Counted from the stretch's first letter, positions 1 to 12,924 are shown. The stretch: DNA of 64,000 nucleotides from Eledone cirrhosa (GCA_964016885.1 OZ024740.1:230454001-230518000); one strand, 5' to 3'. A program made the numbers and translations. The notes: a model not told the origin generated them from the sequence alone.

Positions 1-187
1 ACACGAGGTTTTGCACACGGCTTATTCCAGTCCTCTAACGTCCCACACATAGTGCTAGAAATAACAGCCGTTTATATGGGATTACAAAATTCAGCTCACC
101 TGGGGGAGCAGTGATAAATAGCTTAGAGATTAGACTCAATGGGGTCATTTACAATCATTTCAGCTCTAAGAATCGCTTCTGAGTAGA

Positions 188-190
<3 letters not shown>
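1..190. repeat. Interspersed repeat fragment; inverted homologue at ~62890-63100
   Basis: GCTAGAAATAACAGCCGTTTATATGGGATTA and CACGAGGTTTTGCAC match the reverse complement of 63005-63100. Confidence 0.7.
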
Positions 191-237
<47 letters not shown>

Positions 238-239
<2 letters not shown>

Positions 240-546
240 CGAAGGAAATGTGGTAAGGAACCAGGTGGACCATAACGCACCAAAGTACTCAATACTTGAG
301 GTAGTAGAGTGGGTAATAGGAACCAGTAAGACCCCGACAGCTGAGCTCAAGCCGTTTCGACGGCTAATTCTGGACTAAATGAAAATTTATCCTGGTATTT
401 AAATAGCCGATCTTCTCAAGGGGTAATTCCATATATGGAATTACCCCTTGAGAAGATCGGCTATTTAAATACCAGGATAAATTTTCATTTAGTCCAGAAT
501 TAGCCGTCGAAACGGCTTGAGCTCAGCTGTCGGGGTCTTACTGGTT

Positions 547-551
<5 letters not shown>
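238..551. mobile_element. Short palindromic PLE-type (inverted pseudo-LTR) element, family A copy 1, in (TA)n
   Basis: Perfect 236-bp palindrome 316-551 centred on CCATA|TATGG, plus an unpaired ~78-bp tail 238-315; (TA)n on both sides; same sequence at 13359 and 56193. Confidence 0.85.
443..536 (+). ncRNA. Type I hammerhead ribozyme, U3-A8 core variant (mirror copy on - strand at 331-424)
   Basis: Stem I ACCCC/GGGGT; core TTGAGAA; stem II GA(T)CGGCTA/TAGCCGTC; GAAA; stem III ACGGC/GCTGT capped by palindromic TGAGCTCA; GTC cleavage triplet at 529-531. Confidence 0.75.
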
Positions 552-590
<39 letters not shown>

Positions 591-863
591 AACGGCAAAC
601 AATAGAGGCCACGTATTGTTCCTCTCCGACTAAAAACTTTCCCCCTCGGAAAACCCCCAGTTGTTGGATGCGAAATCCGAAATATAGGGACAATTAAATC
701 ACTTCCAAGGTAACTCTATCTCGTGTTATTATTTTTACACTCTTTCCTACGTTCCTCTACACCCTATACGTCTCATCGTTATATATTACATCTCTCTCAT
801 TACCACCTGATTCTGTTACCCGGAGATTTACCCATCTGCATTGTTGAGGCTTCCAAAACGACC

Positions 864-947
<84 letters not shown>

Positions 948-1107
948 AAAGGATAACAAGGTTGATTATTCCTTCATTGCATTTATTGATAGGTGACGCG
1001 CGTTTCGCCACTGATCAGCTCCAGCTTCGATCTATATCGATCCTACCCGACTCAATAATCGGCAGCTCGACGGACCCTCTTAAAATGCTATAAGAAAATG
1101 AATATAT

Positions 1108-1166
<59 letters not shown>

Positions 1167-1302
1167 TCATCAAAGTATCACGATAAAGGTTTACAGTTAG
1201 AAATACAGTTCAAAAACATCGTAGTCAGAACATAATCCTACGTAGTCATAAAAAAATATATTGTTTGTTTTGGTTTTTGTAGTGAATTACCGTTCATAGT
1301 TC

Positions 1303-2190
1303 ATGAGCGAGAGTGTATTTGTATACATATAAAAATGAGAAAACTAGAACAGCCGTTGAAACAGCTTTCAAAGACAACGATGGGCAAAAATGCCTCAGAG
1401 GACAGAGACCAGTTTCCAATGATCAACAGAGAGACAATCCACAAGATGGGTGACAAGCAGATGCAATATAGGAAAGATTGAAAGGGGAGGACAAGTAGAA
1501 GTGTATTGACACACAGAAGTGACTGGAAGAAGGAAATAAAGAAAAGTGATGTACAAGACAAGTTTACACACAAACATCTTCGCCCTCATCAGCTCTCAAA
1601 CCAGCAAAATGGTTTAGCACTATTTAATTAAGAGTACCATTTTAAAATGCTGGATCGTTTCATTTAACTTTTTCATAGCTATGATTAGCTTTCTATTCAA
1701 GATAGATACCACAGTTTGGGGTCTACTCTCCCATTATTTTATTTTATTTGTTTTCTTTCGCTCTTCTATCTGTTCTGTTTGTTTCATCACGCACATATCA
1801 TACCAGCAGAAATATTTATTTTTTTGTTGCACAATCCAGCATTTTAAAATTGTACGCTCACTTAAATCGTACGAAACCCTTTTGCTTGTTTGAGAGCTGA
1901 GGGTGAAGATGTGTGTGTGTGTGTGAAAACTTGTCTTGTACATCGCCTTTATTTCCTTCTTCCAGTCACTTCTGTGCACCAACACATTTTTCCTGATCCT
2001 CCTCCTCTTTCAATCTTTTCTACATTTCGCCTACCTGTCATCCACCTCGTGGATTGTGTCGCTCTGTCGACCACTGACTGCTGGTCTTTGTCCTCTAGGG
2101 CATCTGTGCTGTTTGTTTTATTACACACACATAATTCCAGCAGAAAGATTTATTTATCTGCTGCACGATCCAGCATTTTAGAATGGTACT
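1303..2190. repeat. Interspersed repeat family X as an inverted pair (1303-1660 and ~1825-2110); third copy at 12535-12917
   Basis: Shared motifs GAAGTGACTGGAAGAAGGAAATAAAG and TTTTAAAATGCTGGAT in opposite orientations. Confidence 0.7.
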
Positions 2191-2595
2191 CAAAAAGTCA
2201 CAGCGGTTTAAAGTTTGCGTTTTAAAGTAATATTAACCAACTAAAGCCATCCATTCTTTTTACTTTCTTTTTGTAAGCAGCACAGTATTAATAACAAAAA
2301 CAACCACGGTAATTGATAACAATAACATCAACAAGAATAGCAACTACAACATCAACAACAGCAACAGTAAGAGCAACAAAAAACAACAACAATAACAATA
2401 GCAACAACGAATGGCCCGTCACAGGCCGTAAAATAAAATAACGAATCGTAGTTTTTGTCAACAATAATTTCGACAAGATGATATATATATATATATACAT
2501 GTGTGTGTGTAAAAGGTTAACAGAAATAACATCACAATCGGTACAATATATGGAAGGAATATATTAGGTTAACACTTGAAATAGCAGGAAGAGGA

Positions 2596-2631
2596 TCTTG
2601 ACGTTTTGGACGCTAGTCCTTCATCAAAAGA
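2596..2631 (-). ncRNA. Degenerate minimal hammerhead motif
   Basis: - strand TCTT-TTGATGA-A-GGAC-TAGC-GTCC-AAAA-C-GTC-AAGA; stems I and II intact, G12 lost (CGAAA>CAAAA). Confidence 0.5.
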
Positions 2632-3236
2632 AAGAATGAAAAATAAGATAGGTTGAGGGGACGAGCGGGTTGGAATTGGAAAAAATGTCTTTAGATAAAA
2701 ATAACAAGTCCATTCATTTTGACATCTCTTGCAAAACTGTTGGTGCTGGCGTTTTGTGTATGATTTATTTTTTTAGAAAAGTGGATGATGGAGCGCGTCT
2801 ACCTGAAATGGAAAAAAAAACGTTTTGTAAAAAGAGCTATACTTGTGCACGTGCGTAAGCATGTGTGTGTCTGTGTATGTGTGTGTGTGTTATTATAGGT
2901 TTGTACGAAACTAAAAAGAAATGTGTGTGTATATGTAAGTAAAAGAGTGTGTGTGTTTGTAAGTACGAAGCTATGAGCAAAAGTATGTTAATATAAGGGC
3001 GTGTATGTATACAGAGCAGTGAAGGGAAAAGTGGAGTGTGCATATTTTGTCGGTTTGTATTAGTTGTAAGAAAATATGTTTATGATCATGAGAGAGCGAT
3101 GGGAATTTAGGGGTGAATGTACAAGCGCGTTCTCAATGGACGGGGTATTAAAGAAATTGGGGAGGTGAGTTGAGTCCAAGAGGGGAAACAATACATAGAG
3201 CACTCTTCTTTCCTTTAGCTTTTCTACGAAAATACT

Positions 3237-3270
<34 letters not shown>

Positions 3271-3297
3271 AATGTAATCTGAATTTTTCGAATATTA

Positions 3298-3445
3298 ATA
3301 ATTGTTTCTACTTTTGGCACAAGGCCAGCAATTACCCAGTACATTACTGGTACTTTATTTTATCGACCCCGTAAGGATGAAAGGCAAAGTTAACCTCGGC
3401 GGGATTTGAACTCAGATCGTAAAGGGACGTAACTCTGCTGCAAAT
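3298..3445 (-). mobile_element. tRNA-derived SINE (Octopus-type), 5'-truncated
   Basis: Near-identical to the full copy at 51719-51909; B-box reverse complement GGATTTGAACTC. Confidence 0.85.
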
Positions 3446-3575
3446 GATATTCGATTCGTTTGTAATTATGCAAACAGCCTCTTTTGTCAGTAGAATGAGC
3501 ATCTCATTCTCGCTCTTGTGTTGGCATGTAAATAGAACTGCAAACACTAATGTCTCTGGGTGATTACCCTACCTC

Positions 3576-4142
3576 AGAAACACCATATATATATTTCAAT
3601 GGCCTTGTTACGTAAGACCCTGGCGACATCATCAGGTTCGGATTGCATAATTAGTTAATCAATAAAAGGAATTATAGCAAACACAAACAGGCAATACAGA
3701 AAATATTTGATTCTCAGATGACCCGCGAAATCGGTGACAATCTCCGAACAACAAAACCGTCAGTTACCACACAACCCCTCCATACTGGTAACGCCTACCA
3801 AAGCCGTATTTTCTGTATTGCCTGTTTGTGTTTGCTATAATTCCTTTTATTGAATAACTAATTATGCAATCCGAACCTGATGATGTCGCCAGGGTCTTAC
3901 GTAACAAGGCCATTGAAATATATATATGGTGTTTCTTGCAACAATAAAACTTAAACGGGATATCACCAGTCAGGATTCATGTTATTTTAATCAAATCAAT
4001 ATTTAACTCTGTTCCTGCACCAGCCACGGGATTCAACACCAATGATGGATGAGTTACATAATGTAGAGTGTTTTTCCTATTACGTCATGGTTAACTAAAC
4101 GGTATGACAAGTTCTATCTATTGATCAACCAAAAAACATAAA

Positions 4143-4145
<3 letters not shown>
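3576..4145. mobile_element. Inverted-repeat PLE-like remnant with degenerate HHR core
   Basis: 130-bp arms 3576-3705/3807-3936 (1 mismatch), 101-bp spacer; CTGATGA...GAAATATATATA in the arm; right side runs into (TA)n. Confidence 0.6.
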
Positions 4146-4199
<54 letters not shown>

Positions 4200-4204
<5 letters not shown>

Positions 4205-4400
4205 AGAGTCGGAACCCGACGGCTGAGCTCTTGCTGTTTCAACAGCTAGTTCCAGACTCGGAATTAGCGGTTGAAACGGTAAGAGCTCAGGCGTCGGATC
4301 CCAACTCTTTATGATATAACCATACTCTACTACCCCAAATATCGAATACTCTTTGAGTAATGGTCTAGTTACTTTCAAACTGGTTCTATCCTGATTTTTG
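4200..4400. mobile_element. Diverged relative of family A (fold-back + tail)
   Basis: GACGGCTGAGCTCTTGCTGTTTCAACAGCTAGTTCC resembles family A GACAGCTGAGCTCAAGCCGTTTCGACGGCTAATTC; imperfect palindrome 4203-4310; between (TA)n and (GT)n; related copy at 32566-32690. Confidence 0.65.
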
Positions 4401-4410
4401 TGTGTGTGTG

Positions 4411-4523
<113 letters not shown>

Positions 4524-5460
4524 AAACAAAAGTTATATAATGATGAAAAATATTTTAAAAGGGTAAAAACAAAATTAAGGAATGAAAAATGGTGGAAGGG
4601 TAAAAAAGAGTAGATCTGGCTGTGTAAGAGAAGGTCTATAAATGCGATAAATGAGAAGAAAATTGAAAGAAAGAGCAAGGACTATTAGTCAACAGAAGAA
4701 AGAGAGGGGAAGGGAGAGGGTAACAGACTCATGTTAAACCAAAGAGATATAAAAGAATTTTAGTACATTTCTTCATAAATTTATTAAAAATTATTTCATT
4801 GTTTTTCCAGAAACTCTTATAAAGTGAGAGAAAGATGGAAGAAGAAAAAGGCAAAGAAATCTTTCGTTTTATTCTTGGATTATAATTCATTCTACAATTC
4901 CAAACATGTTCACCAATCTAGAAAACAAAATATACAACAGATCACGAATTAACACTAGGTTAATTCAATCCCCTGACTTTTCTGTTATGAGATAAATTCT
5001 TCAATGAAAATATATAGCGATTTAGTTATTCCTTAACGTAAGAATTAAAATAGATGCTCCATGCTACATCGAGAAGAGGAAAATGAATCCACTTCCCAAC
5101 AACAACACCAACAACAACGATGGCGATGACGATAACGTCGACGACAACAGCGGCGACAACACAACTACGGCGACTACGATGACGACGACAACGATGACGA
5201 AGACAACGGCAACGTTGAAAACATTGACGTCAGCGGCGACGACAACTGCGACGACAACTGCGACGACAACGGTGATGACGACAACGAGACGGTGATGACG
5301 ACAACGAGACGGTGACAACTACGAACTAGTTATGGCGTCGATAAAACATGAAAAAGTAAATTCATATATATAGCTGTTGCCATAGTAGGTTCACAATTGA
5401 ATTAAACTGTCTAGACTAATAACCTAAGACTGAGGAGATTGTGTGAAGTGGGACAAAGAG

Positions 5461-5544
<84 letters not shown>

Positions 5545-6419
5545 GTGTGGAAAAGACCCATAAGTTAGCAATGGGTGTAATGGTATGTAAGCAATGTAAT
5601 CAAGCAGGACGTACAAGTGAACGGTGATTAACTTGTTCCGATAAAGATAAAGAACGTAGTTTCAACCAAGCGGTGTATGAGTTCTGCGTGACTGAAACAT
5701 GGGAAAAGATGCAACAAATGACTAGAGTGTCTTATTATTACCGACTCCAGCTGTTTTATAAACAGTCCAGACAAAGCAGACGATGGGTGATTTACAGTCA
5801 AAGAGTAATAAAAATGGCTGACAATGAATTAAGACAAATCAAAGTTAACGAATAACGATGAATATTGAACAAGCCAGATGTGAAAGAACAATAAAGGGAT
5901 AGTAAAGATAGTAATGGCGGTAAAGTGGGGGAACTATTTTGATTGGTTGCTAAGAAATTAGTAACTTACCTCGATTAGTGAGAATAATGCAATTTAAGCA
6001 AGGTTACCTTCAAAAGTTAAACCAAGTTGTTTAAAAAAATAAAAATACCTGGAAGAAAACAGTATTTTAAGAAAATTACGAAATTGTTTATAAAACGTAC
6101 GTATATACCGTATTTGCTTACCTATTGGACGCACTTTTAAAAAACATATAAAATATCTTCCCTGCGTCCAATACGCCCGTATCACCGATGAGAGGTCGAA
6201 CAGAAAGTGAGGACAATTATGGGTTTAAAAATTAGTTTGTATTACTATTAGTATTGTTAATACAGTAATACAATTCAACTTATATAAGAGTTTCTGGAAA
6301 AACAATGAAATAATTTTTAATAAATTTATGAAGAAATGTACTAAAATTGTTTTCTCGAAATATCCTTGTAAAACCAGGAGGCGTATTAAACGAAGGGGCC
6401 GGTAAATATGGTAATTCCA

Positions 6420-6665
6420 TGTGGAAGCAGCATAGACGAATGGTTAAAAGGGCTTGCTTCACACGCATCGGCTCTCGTGTTCGGTCCCATTGCGTGGCTC
6501 TTGGGTAAGTATCATTTACTATAGCTTCGGATCGTCCCATGTCTTGTTTGTGAAATTAGATAGACGGAAACTGCTTGGAGGCCTGTCGAATGGATTATAC
6601 CTGTAATTCAAGGGGTCAGCATTGTCATTCGTTGTCACGCTAAATCTACCTGAGAATTACGTCCT
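6420..6665 (+). mobile_element. tRNA-derived SINE, second family, degraded
   Basis: A-box-like TAGACGAATGG, B-box-like GTTCGGTCCC, core TTGGGTAAGT...CTATAGC...AGACGGAAACTG. Confidence 0.65.
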
Positions 6666-7139
6666 GAATGTGACACACTGATGCAGTGACTGGACTTGCA
6701 AGAACCGAGGAAAACTCAAGTTACACCAATCACATTCAACGATGTTGGAAAAATTGGGTTCGCGGTTCCAGACGAAGACCACATTCATCCACTACCAATC
6801 CGCACTAGGCCAGCCTGGTAGAGTATTACCCACTCATTCCCCATGCTACACACCACAGCACAATCATCAGCCGTTCTTGTAGGATCAACGGATGTAAAGT
6901 AATGCCCAATCGCATTGCTTATGGGTAGCGGCGATGCGCTCAAATACTACTCAGCTAACGAAGACAAGATCAACAATCAAAACGAAAAGAAAATGATAGA
7001 ATCACAACTCTGAACTAGGCTACCTACGACGTTCATACACTTTCGGAAGAATGCCGTCTCACCAACTTGGAATCAGCAAGACGCGTGGACCTGAAGAAAA
7101 AAATCGTCAAATTTAACAACAAACACATCCTCTACCAGC

Positions 7140-9927
7140 CTAAATTAAGTCTACTACCCTAAATTTGATATTTATATACTACTCCAAATTAAGTCGACCA
7201 TACTAAATTACCCCTACCACACTAAATTAACTCTACATCACTAAACTACCTCTACCTCACTAAATTACCTCTACCTCACTAAATTACCCCTACCACACTA
7301 AATTACTTCTATCACACTAAACTACCTCTAACTCACTAAATTACCCCTATCTCACTAAATTACCCCTACCACACTAAATTACCTCTACATCACTAAACTA
7401 CCTCTACCACACTAAATTACCTCTACCTCACTAAATTACCCCTGCCACACTAAATTATCTCTACCTCACTAAATTACCCCTACCTCACTAAATTACTTCT
7501 ATCACACTAAACTACCCCTACCTCACTAAACTACCTCTACCACACTAAATTACCTCTACCTCACTAAATTACCACCTACCACACTAAATTAACTCTACAT
7601 CACTAAACTACCACCTACCACACTAAATTACCTCTACCACACTAAACTACCTCTACTTCACTAAATTACCCCTACCTCACTAAATTACCCCTACCTCACT
7701 AAATTAACTCTACCTCACTAAACTACCTCTACCTCACTAAATTACCTCAACCACACTAAATTACCTCAACCACACTAAATTACCCCTACCACACTAAATT
7801 ACCTCAACCACACTAAATTACCCCTACCTCACTAAACTACCTGAACCACACTAAATTACCTCAACCACACTAAATTACCCCTACCTCACTAAACTACCTG
7901 AACCACACTAAATTACCTCAACCACACTAAATTACCTCAACCACACTAAATTACCCCTACCACACTAAATTACCTCAACCACACTAAATTACCCCTACCA
8001 CACTAAATTACCTCAACCACACTAAATTACCCCTACCTCACTAAATTACCCCTACCTCACTAAATTACCCGTACCTCACTAAATTACCTCAACCACACTA
8101 AATTACCCCTACCTCACTAAACTACCTCAACCACACTAAATTACCTCAACCACACTAAATTACCCCTACCACACTAAATTACCTCAACCACACTAAATTA
8201 CCCCTACCACACTAAACTACCTCAACCACACTAAACTACCTCAACCTCACTAAATTACCTCAACCACACTAAACTACCTCAACCACACTAAATTACCTCA
8301 ACCACACTAAATTACCCCTACCACACTAAATTACCTCAACCACACTAAATTACCCCTACCTCACTAAACTACCTCAACCACACTAAATTACCTCAACCAC
8401 ACTAAATTACCCCTACCTCACTAAATTATCTCAACCACACTAAATTACCCCTACCTCACTAAACTACCTGAACCACACTAAATTACCTCAACCACACTAA
8501 ATTACCCCTACCACACTAAATTACCTCAACCACACTAAATTACCTCAACCACACTAAATTACCCCTACCACACTAAATTACCTCAACCACACTAAATTAC
8601 CTCTACCACACTAAATTACCCATACCACACTAAATTACCTCAAACACACTAAATTACCTCAACCACACTAAATTACCCCTACCACACTAAATTACCTCAA
8701 CCACACTAAATTACCTCAACCACACTAAATTACCCCTACCACACTAAATTACCTCAACCACACTAAATTACCTCAACCACACTAAATTACCCCTACCACA
8801 CTAAATTACCTCAACCACACTAAATTACCTCACCACACTAAATTACCCCTACCACACTAAATTACCTCAACCACACTAAATTACCTCTACCACACTAAAT
8901 TACCCCTACCACACTAAATTACCTTAACCACACTAAATTACCTCAACCACACTAAATTACCCCTACCACACTAAATTACCTCAACCACACTAAATTACCT
9001 CAACCACACTAAATTACCCCTACCACACTAAATTACCTCAACCACACTAAATTACCTCTACCACACTAAATTACCCCTACCACACTAAATTACCTCAACC
9101 ACACTAAATTACCTCAACCACACTAAATTACCCCTACCACACTAAATTACCTCTACCACACTAAATTACCCCTACCACACTAAATTACCTCAACCACACT
9201 AAATTACCTCAACCACACTAAATTACCTCAACCACACTAAATTACCCCTACCACACTAAATTACCTCAACCACACTAAATTACCTCTACCACACTAAATT
9301 ACCCCTACCACACTAAATTACCTCAACCACACTAAATTACCCCTACCACACTAAATTACCTCAACCACACTAAATTACCTCAACCACACTAAATTACCCC
9401 TACCACACTAAATTACCTCAACCACACTAAATTACCTCAACCACACTAAATTACCCCTACCACACTAAATTACCTCAACCACACTAAATTACCTCAACCA
9501 CACTAAATTACCCCTACCACACTAAATTACCTCAACCACACTAAATTACCCCTACCACACTAAATTACCTCAACCACACTAAATTACCTCAACCACACTA
9601 AATTACCCCTACCACACTAAATTACCTCAACCACACTAAATTACCTCAACCACACTAAATTACCCCTACCACACTAAATTACCTCAACCACACTAAATTA
9701 CCTCTACCACACTAAATTACCCCTACCACACTAAATTACCTCAACCACACTAAATTACCTCAACCACACTAAATTACCCCTACCACACTAAATTACCTCA
9801 ACCACACTAAATTACCTCAACCACACTAAATTACCCCTACCACACTAAATTACCTCAACCACACTAAATTACCTCTACCACACTAAATTACCTCACCACA
9901 CTAAATTACCCCTACCACACTAAATTA
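7140..9927. repeat. 19-bp tandem satellite, ~145 units
   Basis: Unit CCACACTAAATTA-CCTCAA, with CCCCTA and CCTCTA variants. Confidence 0.97.
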
Positions 9928-9964
9928 TGTCAACCTAAAAGTCTAATGTCTGTTTCGAACCTGG

Positions 9965-10240
9965 AGTTTCCTCAGGCGGGTGCTTATCCCAGTTTCTATG
10001 GCATTAAGCGACTGAGAGTACAATACTACCCCTGGACATGACGCCAGTCCATCGCAGGAATACCCCACCACCACCACCACCAGCTAATTCTACTGGTGCT
10101 CATTTTCTGCCGAGTATATTGGAGCAACGTGAAATAAAGTATTTTGCTCAAAAGCAGCACACACAACACAGCCCACGAATCGAACCCACTAGATTATGAT
10201 CGTAAGTCCAATACCCTTACCACAAGGTTATGCGCCTCCA
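9965..10240 (-). mobile_element. tRNA SINE with Deu/Nin-like central domain
   Basis: GGACATGACGCCAGTCCATCGCAGG...TGGTGCTCATTTT core, and reverse-complement B box GAATCGAACC; similar copy at 61570-61755. Confidence 0.6.
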
Positions 10241-10922
10241 CTCCCATAATATGGGTTTCTAATAAAGGCAGACGTCTAGCAATTCGAGGAGTAAATTTAA
10301 TACATCGACCCCAGTGTTTGAAATTTGAACCCAGAGCGTAAAGAATCAGATCTGGATGTAGCAAAGTATTTTGTTCGACGCTCCAACGAGTGCAGTCCTC
10401 CTCAAGCCAGCGAATGGAACTGTACATGATAACTCGACTTGTTAGAAATAGTAGCAATATATCCTTTAATCGGGATTCAACACCTTCCATCTAAAAACAA
10501 AGAAGGGAGGTAACTAACACAAATAAAACTACCCTACATATTTTATCTTCTAAACAATTCTAAAGGGACGTGATGCTCTCTCGGTGTTGTTGATCTATTT
10601 CTTACTCTCTTAAACCTCTACAAAAATACCATTCCATTTTATCAGTCATCACGGTCTTCTTAATAACCAACTGTAACGAAAATTATAAAGACCAAAGAAA
10701 GAAAGTATAAAAACAAAACAACACACAGCATCTTTGTAACGCTGGAGATAGAGAGAATGAGTTCATGTGATGATGAAAAGTCGATAAAAATGAATATGGT
10801 GACGTATTCTAGCAACAGTATGAACAAATATAATTCATAAGGAAATAGGAACTATCAAAACTAAAATGTACGAAAACAGAACAAGTTACTGTCTTCAAAT
10901 AAATAGGCTTAAAAGAAAAATT

Positions 10923-11336
<414 letters not shown>

Positions 11337-11339
11337 ATT

Positions 11340-11558
11340 TATTAAAGCAGCGAAGATTCAGAAGATTAGAAATACTATATACTTTCATCTCTCGAATTTT
11401 CAAATTGCAATAAGAAACGTTTGAGAAAATATTGCATATATAATATTATGTAGAAATTGTAGAATAGGCAATATTTTCTCAAGACTTTCTTATTACAAGA
11501 AATTTGAAAGATGAAAGTGCAGTACTTCTAATCCTAAATATTCGCTGCTTTAATAAGT
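11340..11558. repeat. Imperfect ~220-bp fold-back (old inverted PLE remnant or MITE)
   Basis: TTATTAAAGCAGCGAA.../...TTCGCTGCTTTAATAA and TTGAGAAAATATTGC/GCAATATTTTCTCAA. Confidence 0.7.
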
Positions 11559-11673
11559 TAATCTTATTAAGTTATTGAGTTCTTTGCATACGTTGTTGCC
11601 TTTACCTTGGTAATGTGTATATATATATATACAAAGTGTTAAAAGGATCAAATTTTAGTTTAGAACATTTATT

Positions 11674-11719
11674 AGCTGACAATTGTTTCTTCCAGAGGGA
11701 AGTCTGGAATCATCGGAAC
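11674..11719 (-). ncRNA. Minimal hammerhead motif, U4C variant, weak stem I
   Basis: - strand GTT-CCGATGA-TTCCAGA-cttccc-TCTGGAA-GAAA-CAATTG-TC-AGC; palindromic stem III ACAATTGT. Confidence 0.6.
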
Positions 11720-11895
11720 ATAAGGAATGTCGAAAACGTGTAACTAGAATCCTAGTCATTTAGGGTATATATATGTATATATATATATGCGGAATCTTGG
11801 AAATATGGGGTTCAATTCCTCATACAACCCAATGGTAACTTCTTTTTCCGACTTTAATGGTCTTCACCCTATTTTATAAACTATTTTATACCATA

Positions 11896-11973
<78 letters not shown>

Positions 11974-11974
11974 G

Positions 11975-12458
11975 TAAAGTTATATTTAAAATTGTTGGGT
12001 TACAACTAGTAAATATTTATAACTGATATAAAAGCACTCGACAAATATTTGGAGTATATTTACAATATTAAATAAATGGAAAACTATATTTATAAAACCA
12101 TATTTATTTCATTATATATATTTCGGGGATATCATATTAACAATATGTTATGCCTTCATCAGACAAAATACAATATAAACAGTTTTATAGATAAATATAT
12201 TCGACATACCGTAATAAACATCAACTTCATTTGAAGAGGTTTACTCTAGCAGTGAGGTTTACTAGAGGTTTACTGCTAGAGTAAACCTCTTCAAATGAAG
12301 TTGATGTTTATTACGCTATGTCGAATATATTTATCTATAAAACTGTTTATATTGTATTTTGTCTGATGAAGGCATAACATATTGTTAATATGATATCCCC
12401 GAAATATATATAATGAAATAAATATGGTTTTATAAATATAGTTTTCCATTTATTTAAT

Positions 12459-12464
<6 letters not shown>
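11975..12464. mobile_element. Palindromic PLE-type element (family B) in (TA)n
   Basis: 193-bp arms 12061-12253/12272-12464 (1 mismatch), 18-bp spacer, ~85-bp unpaired tail on the left; microsatellite on both sides. Confidence 0.85.
12355..12420 (+). ncRNA. Minimal hammerhead (mirror copy on - strand at 12105-12170)
   Basis: Stem I TATTTTGT/ATGAAATA (2 G-U); CTGATGA; short GG/CC stem II with internal hairpin; GAAA-TATATA-TA palindromic stem III. Confidence 0.6.
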
Positions 12465-12509
<45 letters not shown>

Positions 12510-12534
12510 AAACAATGTTGTCTGTGATAGAGAC

Positions 12535-12917
12535 GAAGCGAGAGTGTATTTTAATACATATAAAAATGAGAAAACTCATCGCTGCAACAGCCGTTAAAAC
12601 AGCTAAATGCGATGAGAAAAAATACTTCAGAGGACAGAGACCAACGGCCAGTGGTCAACAGAGATACAATCCACGATGTGGATGACGGGCAGATGAAATA
12701 TAGAAAAGATTGAAAGAGGTGGATGACACGGAGAAGTGTGTTGGCACATAGAAGTGACTTGAAGAAGGAAATAAAGAAATGCGATGTACAAGACAAGTTT
12801 ACACACACATACACACCTTCATCAGCTTTCAAACTCACAAAATGGTTTCGTACGATTTAATTGAAAATACCATTTTAAAATGCTGGATTGTGCAACACGA
12901 TCCAGCATTTTAAAATC
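12535..12917. repeat. Family X copy ending in a 46-bp hairpin
   Basis: Homologous to 1303-1660; ATTTTAAAATGCTGGAT-TGTG-CAA-CACG-ATCCAGCATTTTAAAAT at 12872-12917. Confidence 0.7.
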
Positions 12918-12924
12918 GTATTGC

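Noticed and set aside
985-1030. - strand GGC-GAAACGCGCGTC-ACC, an HHR 3' half
   Set aside because: No matching core, stem I or stem II upstream; a fragment at best. The same applies to GAAACTCCAGAGTA at ~13213
6665-7135. Possible LINE RT remnant
   Set aside because: Only vague peptide resemblance with many stops; cannot be supported without a search
7140-9927. Telomeric or subtelomeric repeat
   Set aside because: No (TTAGGG)n; the unit is 19 bp and interstitial
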